Below are positions 53,789-64,000 of a stretch of DNA of 64,000 nt, piece after piece. The translations under genes were made by a program, and so were the position numbers. This DNA comes from Nageia nagi (taxonomy: Eukaryota > Plantae > Pinophyta). The stretch lies in NCBI GenBank assembly GCA_050084985.1, contig JBITNC010000001.1, positions 143,654,001-143,718,000 of the forward strand, written 5' to 3'. The notes beneath the pieces were generated by a model. The model did not search any database. It saw nothing but the letters and a program-made list of their open reading frames with translations, and had not been told where the DNA came from. The stretch's first letter is position 1. Every line of letters starts with the position of its first letter.

Positions 53789-56700
53789 TGTGATAGCCCA
53801 AATCCACCCTATATTTCCCTTGGTGTGTTTTATTTTGGTTTAAGTGTGGAATGAGGCATTGACTATATATTATTTGAATAAAATGCTTGATATGCTTTTA
53901 TTTGCTTAAGTTATGAAATCCTAGATAAGGATAATGATTACTTATCCCACCTATATGTACATGTTACTACTGCAAGTGGTTTTCAGGTATGTAGATGATA
54001 GGCAATGGAAGGGGAGATGCTCTTGAATGATTTGGAAATGATTAATTATTAGTGATTCTCATGATCGCATAAGATTAAGACACTAGGATAGATGGGTAAG
54101 TGGTTGCATACATACATAGCAACATGGGGCAACATAAGCTCCCTAGGATTGATGATGTGTGTTTATGATTGCCTAGTTATGTTATTTAATTGAGTTTAAA
54201 ATATCATTTTATGCCTTTAAGTATTGCCAAGGATGTTAATATAATTATCTATGGACCCCTAATAATCAATATTAGTGGGCAAAGTTAATTAAGGGAACTA
54301 ACTATGTAAGAAAATAGTAAAGTTTAATTATTTAAATATATGTAATTAAGTATTTTGTGGGAATGTGTATTCATTGCTTCTTAATAATTAATTAAGGATA
54401 ATTAATTAAGAATGATAATCCTTAACATTAAATATTATTTATTTATTTAGCTTAAAATAAATAAATTAAGCTAGATGAGTTTTGATTGGTTGATTGATAA
54501 AGGCTAGAGTTAACTAGACCTTTAAGATATTAATTATAATTAAATAATATTGATTTTACCTAATTAGCATGATGTGTCTAAATTTTTAGCTATTACATCC
54601 CTATTGCAAGTTTTGTGTGCCAGTTTTAAGTTGAGGTGTGCTAGTGGAACTCAATTTATTGGGGTTTTGATTGATGACTAAGTGGGTAGATATTTCCACT
54701 TAGGAATTAACTCCCACTCACTTGATTTTAAGTGGTGTTGTCACTCCTCATTAATTTTGAGGCCTAGCCTTAGTTGAAAAATATAAATAGAGACCTAGGG
54801 TGGAGCTTTTGTTCATTCTTGTTTTTGTATTTTTTTGGAGTAGCAAGCTTTGCAATTCTAGAACCAAGTCCTTTGGCAATTACAAGATTTAGTGAGGTTT
54901 TCCTCTTATGTTTAGTTGCTTCTCTTTATTTTTATGAAACCTTACTATTTTATGAATTTTATAAAATAAGAGTTTTTGGTTTTATTGCTAAATTATCATT
55001 GGTTGAGGATTTAGTTTATTTCCATGAATGCTCCCTTTAAAAGTTTGGTTTTGAAATTTGTGTATAGTTTTGATATGAGGTTTTATATTTTTTGCAATTA
55101 TCTTTTGAGGTTAAATCCCTTATTAGTACCTTTGTATTTGATGCATAAATATTTAGAAATAATATTTTTGTTAGTAACTCCTCTTATACCTTCTCTTCTT
55201 GTAATTTTTCTCATTGGTTCAACCTTGCCTAGAAACCTATGTAAGGAATATTCCCCTAAGTTAAAAGGTTTATCTTAGAATCTTGTAATCCATGCAAACT
55301 TTTATGTTAAAAGCTTTTTACTTTTACAAATATAGTTAAGGGAGGTATTTAATGTGTTTAGAGGCTTAAAAATCTTTTTCTAGCCTAATAGGAAAGAAAA
55401 CCTCGATTTATGTGTAAGGCTTAGGTGCTGAATAGGATAGTGTAGGTTTATTGCTAGGAAGCTATTAAATATTTTGCTATTATTTTATTTCATGTTAATT
55501 TAGTAATATAAAAGAGAATTTAGTTTTAAATTAAAATAAGGATTATTTTTAATTTAGAATTAAATACAAGTTGTGGTTACTTGAAATGGCAAATGTGGTT
55601 ATTTAATATATGTTTCTTTTATTTTAAAATATAGGAGTGATATTTTAAAATAGAGAATATGGTATTATTGTAAGTAAATATTTTAATAGTGTGGTATCAT
55701 TTTAAAAATAGGGTAGTATTTTTAAAACGGAATTGAAATTATTACTTTAGGATATTGTATTTTATCCAAAAATAAAGTTTGATTATTTATTTTAAAATAG
55801 GAGTATATTTTAAAATAATGTTGCAATTATTTTAGGATATTGTATTTTATTCTAAAATAGAGTTTGATTAGTTATTTAAAATTGAATTTGATGTTTAAAA
55901 TAAATTTGTTTGTTTTTTCTAAAATGTGAAGTGAAATTTTAGAATTCTTAGAGTTGTTGAAATGTTTCCTTAAAATAGCAAAGCATGTAGTTGCATTTAG
56001 TGGAAACCCAAGACTATGTCTAATCCAACCATTCTTGAGCTATTATCCTTCCAAAAGGAGCAAGCCTTGTTCAAGTTGTGAGAAAGGAGTTTATTAAATT
56101 AGTTTCCATGGGATTTAAATATATTATACTTATTTTTTATTTATGAAAATAAATAACAATGCTATTGTTGTAAAATGATGTGACAAGAATTATTACTTCA
56201 TTACTTGGGATGATTGTGCTATTATGATTATTGTACAAAGTTGTTATTTTGGGAGTTTCAAGATTAGTATTTGAAAAGTTAAGTGTTATTCTTTTATTAA
56301 AGAGTGGTTTAGTAAATTAATTTTCTTTACATGAATATGATATTTCTTGATACTTTATTATGCTTACTTAGTTTAGAAAGTTCATGTTATATGATGATGT
56401 TAGGACCAATTCTCTTGTCTTTAAGTAATGTGTTTTATTTGGGCATGATTTTTCCTTAGGTTTTGGTAGGTTTTTCTTTGATGTTTAAACCTAAGTGTAG
56501 ACCTAGTCCCAATTCCCAAGTAAAGCATACCTATTCATTATGGGATGTTGATTTATCTTCAAGTGAGTTAGGCTAAGATAAATCAAAAAATCCTTATGGT
56601 TGAATGGATCTCAGTGTATTAAATTTTCCTTATATGATGATGGTGGGAAATACGAGGAGGTATGTGGTACCATTATGAAGTCACTATGTTCAATAGAACA

Positions 56701-56997
56701 TGCAAAACCAAGCCATGTGAAGTTATTTAATGAGTAGGTTAAATAACTAGAAATGGTATTAAGCCAGTGAAGAGTCTAGAATCGTGAATGACTTAGCTTA
56801 GAACAATACTAGTAATATTGTAAACAATAATTCATAGCATTCTCAAGCAACTTACAAACACATTCAAAATATATTGTATTTAAACTACATGTTTTATTTA
56901 CTAATATGGAAAAATAATTTGTGCTCACCTCTTGATTGTATGGGATGGGTGTTATAGTGATAGTCCTATGTATTTTTGATGAGATAGGGTAATTATA
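53789..56997 (+). mobile_element. Element A 3' LTR (LTR copy 3)
   Basis: Near-identical to 39763-42971, followed by GTAGT at 56998-57002. Confidence 0.92.
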
Positions 56998-57609
56998 GTA
57001 GTGATGATGAGTTATTTTATTTGTTAAATACATATGCATGAGACCTTTAAAAATAAACAATAATGAGTTGGAGGTGATGACCAACCATTTATTCTTATAC
57101 TTCTTCTATACCCACCAACCATACCATAAGCTATAGAGCCAATCCTAGAGATGAATACTAGGTTTTAGGATAGAAGTCATCACTTTCTATTGAGAAACTA
57201 TAAATAAGGAGGCCATGATTGGATTCCACTATCCAAATAGTCTTCAACAGCATTTCTCAATCCCCATTGTACTAAGGGGACCACCTTAAGTACTCAGCTG
57301 ATACTTCACCATAGATTTCCTATAGAATTCCAACCTATCCTTGTTTAAACATATGACTAGAAAAATAATCTAGGTTAATTAATAAAAAAATAAACAATTT
57401 ACATTGCTCATTAAGAGATATTAATTGAATTTATCAACAAAATTAGATAAGATAATCACACCAAAAAGGTGAGTTCATAAATAGGTTATTTATGCATCTA
57501 CTTATTTTCTCGATAATATAAATAAATAATAATAACTTAATTACTATGAATAATGTTTATTTTATTTTATTTCCTATTTATAAAAAAATTAAAATAAAAT
57601 TGAAAAGTA

Positions 57610-60600
57610 AAAGGTTCCATAAAATAGAAGAGAATCATTAATACTCATTCTGAAATAGCTCATCAACAACAAGAGCCCTATGATGAACTTACCAAGATGG
57701 AAAAGCTAGTCATATGTATCATAGGTCTAGTAGAGATATATCAAGAAGAGTAACTCCTTGAGAGATAGATGATACTTTAAATTAAGAAACACAACATTTA
57801 GCATAGTTAAGGATTCCTTATTCCTCTCATGCTCATATTCATTTGTTAGATTTTATCTAGCAGAATATACACTAATAGGTTAATGAGGAAGAAATCACTT
57901 TAAGGATTGTTACCCCATCACAAATGCATTCATCTTATGCCATATTACAAAACGTGCTTTTCAACCTAAGTATGATCATGTTACATGTTACCTACTAGAT
58001 GGACATCTTATTCAATCATATATAAGATGAGATGATGACACCCCTTCCACCATCTCTAGAAGGATGGAAAAATTTGATGATAGAATTTTGATACATACAA
58101 CCACTCTAGTATATAAATCAAGGAGTCATGATAGGGTGTATAATAATGCTTATCATATTCTAAAAACAAACACACCTACCCCTAGAACTAGTCATTCTTC
58201 CTTTATCACTAGCTATATAAACGCTAGTACTAGCCTAACAACCCCTAGGATAAGTTATAGATCTCTAAACAAATTAATATTGATCCTTGAAGGTATAGGG
58301 TAGAAGAGATACCATCATATGTGTTAGATTAAATCAAAATTAGAAATACCTTCAAGGTAACCAAAAAATTGTGCTATATAATCTAAATTTGTAAAAATGA
58401 GATGAACTTAGAAAATTGGGGTAAATATCATGTTTACAAGCATAGCCTATGTTTTATGCATATCAAAGTAAAACACTAATAGCATAATCTAACCGAAAAA
58501 AAGTTCAAGATTAACTTCAAAATAAATCATATCAAGGAGTAGTAGATAATAAGAAGTTGCTACCCAAAGCTTGATCCTTGTCTCCTCAAGGTCATTAAAA
58601 CTATATAGATCAAAACCATTGCTTACCTAGAATAAGGGAGGTACCACATGAGCAACAACAACCTCCAAGACCCCCTTTTCCCTATTCTAGACATGAGGAT
58701 CAAATACATTATGCTCCTACACCTTTATATAAACATGGGCAACAATAGTTGCCTCCACATCAACCTTATTTACCTTCTCAACCCTATAATAGAAGTTATT
58801 ATGGTGACCAAACACCTTCTAAAAGAAGTTACCAATCATTCTCAACAAATAAACAAAAGGAAGGTAATAATAATAGTATACATTCTATCATTACTATGCA
58901 ACCACATAGTGACTTCGATAAAAGTTTAATAGAGATTGAAATAATGGTACATTAACAAAACAAACATAAAGTCTCTTACAAAATAATTTATAATAAGCCT
59001 ATACACCAAATTGTTCCTAAGATAGATATCCATTTCAAATTCAAAATTTAAATGATTGAATATTTCAAAGGAAAGCAAGATCCTTAAGAACATTTAAGAT
59101 ATTTTAAGTATTCAAGTTATGTAATTTCCAACGATGATGCTTTGGTGTTGTGTATCTTTCCTATGACACTTGCTAGATAAGCAATGGATTGGTACAATAA
59201 TTTAACTAAGCATAGTATCACATCATATGTGCAATTAGATAACTTATTCTTAGAACACTTTAAGATAAACATTAAAGATAAAACCTCTATAATTGATCTA
59301 ACAATATTACAATAATTTTAGGATGAGGCAATTATAAACTTTATCTCAAGATGGAGAGTGATCTTGATAAATATGTCTTATACTCTCCCACAAGAAAAAC
59401 TAGCAAAAATGTTTAGTCAAAGTTATCTAATACCTATTGCTAATACCTTATTGATTCAACAACATAAGACATTTGAGGAAACAAAGCAATTTCTCAAGTT
59501 GTTGTAATTTAAAAGGTTAAAATCTAGTATGGAGAACTAAAGGGTAAAAAGAAAGAACCTTATGTTAGAAATATAAATTAGGTAGAATATTTAGCAAAAC
59601 TAATGCCTTATAATAAATTTTCTTATCTTAAATATGGAGAACCAACTCCTTCACAAAACATACCCAGTTCACAAAATTGAGAAATTCATTGAAGGAGATA
59701 TAATGCAATACAACCTAATTTTAGAGAGATCTTGGATTAGAAGAATGTAATGCATCCCATCAACATATAATAACTATCTAAAATATATTCACAATGGGTT
59801 GGTACATTGTGTACTTGGATATGAAAAGCCATATTCCCATTGCAATCACACACATCTTTTTAGAAGAAATTTCTTTACCATCTACTCATTATTTTACAAC
59901 ACCTATAGTTCCTAATAAAGTGTAAATAGCAAATATTGATAAAAAATATTCTTTTTCAAGCTCATTAAAAAGGAAGGATCCTGTTGATCTTGAAATACCT
60001 CATACATTAAAGATTTACAAGGATCCATTACCAAAAATAGAACCAATATTTTTAGAAAAGCAAACATGAGAAGAAAGAACATAAAAGTTAGATGAAGAAA
60101 GCAAAGCCTAATCATCAAATTATGGAATAAGGGATTTTTCCATTGATGATGTCATTTTTAACATCCCTATAACCCAAAAAATAAGAAAACCTAAAGAGTC
60201 TCCTAGTATATTAGGACAATTAATAGCAATGGGGTAGTTACCTAATCAAACATTTTTTGTATATCATGGTCTAATAGAACCACCTATTCTCCCTTTGCCT
60301 CAATCCAATGAAGGTATCTTCTATAATTTGTTAGAATATTTATCACCAAATATAAAATTCATTTGTCTAAAGATACTTTGATAGATGTCAATGGAAAGGA
60401 CAAGGTTTAGGTTCATATGAACAAAGACCTAGGTACACTATTGATATTCATTACCAATTTCCTAGTGATAAAACAAGATTAAGTTATAAGAACAACAACT
60501 AAGGAGTATCTAGTTGCAAGATAATTGAACTAGAAATAGAAGCTAAAATCTTTGAAAACTCAAACAAAAGATCTAAATGGATGATAAATTAGGATGATAT

Positions 60601-63600
60601 GGAGTTTGGAATGTTATTCTTAGGAGAATTATTTCTTACTATGTCAATTAATATGGTAGAAATCATGGAAATATGTGATAATTTCACACATAATAAGGAC
60701 TTGTATTGGTTTGGAAGTGATGAGTTTGAAATAGTAGGATCAAAAATGTAAAGTAGCTCTTCCTCATACTTTTTGGTAGATGAAGAGACTAAAGACTTTA
60801 TATTGAATCCTGAACAACCTATAATCCAAGATTTCAAATACATAGATGCAATCTTGCAAATTTAGATTTGAATATTAATACCACCTTATAATACTAATAT
60901 AAAGGTGAGTATGAAGAATATAATGCAAATGATAATAATTGGATTCCAATACCCAACCAATTGGAGGAAGGATCTCACATGTTAATTTAAGAGACCATTG
61001 AGATTGACATAATTCATGATCCTAAAAATCATAAAATTATTAAATCAGGTAAATCCCTTACTAAAAAGGAAAGAAAAGAATTCATCATAATATTCAAAGA
61101 AAAACAAAAAATATTTGCATGGTCATATGTCGATATGCATGGACTTGATCTTAACTTAGTAGTGTATAATCTTGGTATAAAGGAAGGTCCAAAACCTATT
61201 AGATAAAAATTACAAAAAAAAACATCCTATAATTACCCTAATGGTAAAATAAGATTTGTAAAAAACTATTTGAAGTTAAGTTTATCTACCCTATGGATTA
61301 TTTTGACTAGATTTATAATATGGTACCAATCAAGAAATCTATTGGGAAGATTCAAATATGCACAAAATTTAGAGATGTAAATAAAGCATGCCCTAAAGAT
61401 GAGTTTCATCTACCAAAAATAGATAGTCTAGTTGAGTCTACTATAGGACATGAAATGTTGTCACTCATGGATGGGTTTTTAGGATACAACCAAATTAAAG
61501 TGGCATTAGAAGATGAACATAAAATCATATTCATGACACCTTAGGGAACATTCTATTATAAAGTAATGCCTTTCAGATTGAAAAATGCTAGAGCTACTTA
61601 TCAAAGAACCATGATGTATTTTTCATGATTACATGCATGAAATTGTAGAGCATTACATAGATGATGTATTGGATAAATCAAAAAAATGGAAAGATCATCC
61701 CAAAGTACTCATCAAAATATTTGATTGGTTACTAGAACATAAGATCTAATTGAACCAAAGAAATGTGTTTTTGGAGTAACATCTAGGAAATTGTTAGGTT
61801 TCATCATCTCTAGGCGAGGAATTGAAGTAGATGATAATAAGATAAAAACAATAACAAATATGTTACACCCCTCAAACATAAAGTAACTACAAATGCTGCA
61901 AGGTAAGTTACAAGCCATAAGGCATTTCAATTCTTAGTTATCAAACAAATGTAAACCTTTTAACATACTCTTAAAGAAAGGGATTATATTTCATTGGAGA
62001 AATGAACAACAAGAAGCATTCAATAATATAAAGTGTTATCTTATTTCACCACTTATTTTATTATCACCTAATCCTAAGGAACCATTCCTATTATATATAT
62101 CCACCATAGAAACAACCTTAAGAACTATGCTTGCATAAAAGAATGAAAATAGTACAGAACAAGCAATATATTACCTTAGTCAAACTTTGGTTGGATAAGA
62201 GATTAAGTATGTATACTTGGAAAAGTTATGCTTAATGGTAGTATTTGCAACTAAAAAATTAGTACATTACATGCTAAACCATACCATGTATGTAATCACC
62301 AAAGTAGATCCTTTGAAATATATGATGCATAAAACTTATCAAAATTCAAGAATATATAAATGGATCATACACTTAATTGAATTAGGCTCACTCTTTATAA
62401 GTTATAAATCAATCAAAGGACAAGTCATAGCTGACTATCTCACTAAAGCACCATTTCCCGATGATAATCCATTCCTCATAGAATTACCAAATGGACATGT
62501 ATTCCAATTAGACAAAATGGAAATTCTTGTAGAATCTAAAGAAGATTGTGATATGGTAATATATTTTGATGGATCAAAATGTAAATAAAGCAAAGGTGTG
62601 GGTGTTATGTTCTTTACACCCCAAGGAGTTCCCATACCTAATTCTTTTAAGATTAATTTTCCTTATACAAATAACAATGTTGAGTATGAAGCTTTAATCA
62701 TAGCTATAAAAACTAACATAAAATTAAAGTAAAGAAAAATTAAATTTATTGGTGACTTACTATTGATCGTAAACCAAGTCAAAGAAATCTTCTAATGTAA
62801 GGAACCTTTTCTGCAAAACTATAAGAGATTGGTAAATAATCTACTATCATCTTTTGAAAAATATGATTTAAAATCAGCACCATAATCAACAAATAGATTT
62901 TTTGATGCTATGATTTCCATTGGATCTTTAATGCCCGCAAATTCTCATTAAAAAATTATGCCTATTGAGATTATTTAAATCACCCAATCATAAATAGAGT
63001 CAAGTGAATTCAAAAATGTAGTTCTAGACATTGCAATGGAAGATAAAAATTTGTGACATACATAATTATTTAAATTTCTAAGAGATAAGGTGTTACTTAG
63101 AGATTTAACAAAGTCATCTAAAAAATCATTTAAGACAAAAGTCTTTCAGTTTTCCATGATAGGAGATGTCTTGTACCGTAGGGGTTTTGAAAGAATATTA
63201 CTTCAATATTTAGAGTGGGTTGATTCATAAATCACTTTTCATGCACACATAATGGAATTTATGAAGGACATTTAAGTGGTTCTATAATTATAAAATAATT
63301 AATGCATATGGGATATTACTAGCCTACTATGGAGCATGACTATATGGAATATGTTAAAAAGTGTGTTAAATATCAACAAAACACCAATGTTTTTAATCAA
63401 CCTTCTCATACATTACAACCCATGCAATCATTATGAACATTCTCAAAATGGGCATTAGATTTATTAGGCCAAATATCCCCTATTTCCTTAGGATGTCACA
63501 AGTTTATTATAACTACTATAGAATATTTTACAAAATGGGTAGAATCCATCCCTATGATTTCAAAAAAAGGGACAAAAGTAGTAGAATTCATACAAAACCA

Positions 63601-64000
63601 TATTATTTGTTATTTTGGAATTTCTGCTCAAATTATCATTAATAATGGAAAAAACTTCAAAAATAAGGAAGTCCAAGCTTTATGTAAAGGATATTATATC
63701 TAATTAAGCTTCTCGATACATTACTATCCCAAAGGGCTTGGCCAAGTTGAAGCCAAAAAAAACTATTTGTAGCATTTTATTGAAATTGTTGATGATTCCC
63801 ATTGAGATTGGCATGCAAGGATTTCACATGCATTGTGGGCCTATCAACATAGTATTCAAACTCCTACTGGGCAACCCTATTTTATTTAGTATATGGGGTA
63901 GAACCATTTCTACCCTTAGAAATATAAATTAACTCTCTATAAATTTCCCTATAAGATTATATCATAGATGAAGTAGCTCATCAAATGAGATTAGATCAAT
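57610..64000 (+). pseudogene. pol: Element B gag (copy 3, protease core deleted) continuing into RT-RH-aRH-INT
   Basis: RT 'IQICTKFRDVNKACPKDEFHLP..MLSLMDGFLGYNQI' and 'YIDD' (~61655). RH 'EKLCLMVVFATKKLVHY..IKGQVIADYL'. aRH 'IYFDGS..GVMFFTPQG..TNNNVEYEALI' (~62555-62700). INT 'WALDLLGQI..EYFTKWVESIP' and 'YYPKG'. Confidence 0.92.

Larger units (their letters stand above)
25559..60834 (+). repeat. ~14.02-kb tandem amplification: 3 x (A LTR + B gag-PR fragment) interleaved with 2 x (truncated A LTR + A internal region)
   Basis: Landmark offsets: LTR ends 28952/42971/56997, PBS 35173/49196, junctions 33775/47799. Near-identical ORF-track peptides recur about 14.02 kb apart. Confidence 0.97.
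23434..64000 (+). mobile_element. Element B: Ty3/gypsy Tat-clade element inserted in the gag of C, internally amplified, running off the window
   Basis: Abrupt switch from C gag ('IFFQDPLLRH' on -) to an LTR-like start TGTAGACACCTAAAAATGG at 23434. Gag, PR, RT, RH, aRH and INT remnants lie downstream on +. Confidence 0.8.

Noticed and set aside
1-64000. Host genes, tRNA/rRNA, prokaryotic defence or phage systems
   Set aside because: No long intact ORFs or RNA gene signatures. All recognisable coding remnants are transposon-derived.

Overview
Very AT-rich, CpG-poor, gene-free eukaryotic DNA made almost entirely of nested, decayed plant LTR retrotransposons (a large seed-plant genome, gymnosperm-like by inference only). 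I see no intact host gene, RNA gene or CRISPR array. Layout: (D) 1-4317, minus-strand Ty3/gypsy Tat-like remnant; (E) ~4318-10250, minus-strand LTR + PPT + a long accessory ORF I cannot assign, with no visible pol; (C) ~10250-23433, minus-strand Tat-type pol (PR-RT-RH-aRH-INT) with an antisense Plant Mobile Domain (PMD) pseudogene, which is split by a 1.4-kb hAT-like insertion with a degenerate 8-bp TSD; (B) 23434->64000, plus-strand Tat-type element inserted in the gag of C; (A) a chromovirus (Tekay-like) element with ~3.2-3.4-kb LTRs inserted in B with TSD GTAGT. The dominant structure is a ~14.02-kb tandem amplification (25559-60834) of an A/B chimeric unit joined by a 4-bp microhomology, with a mosaic solo LTR at its left end and a double deletion in the last copy. 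The best leads for something undescribed are the unassigned accessory ORF of E, its head-to-head arrangement with the PMD ORF, and a five-copy covarying dyad/hairpin motif in D. All domain calls come from manual translation and motif recognition; divergence figures are eyeball estimates.
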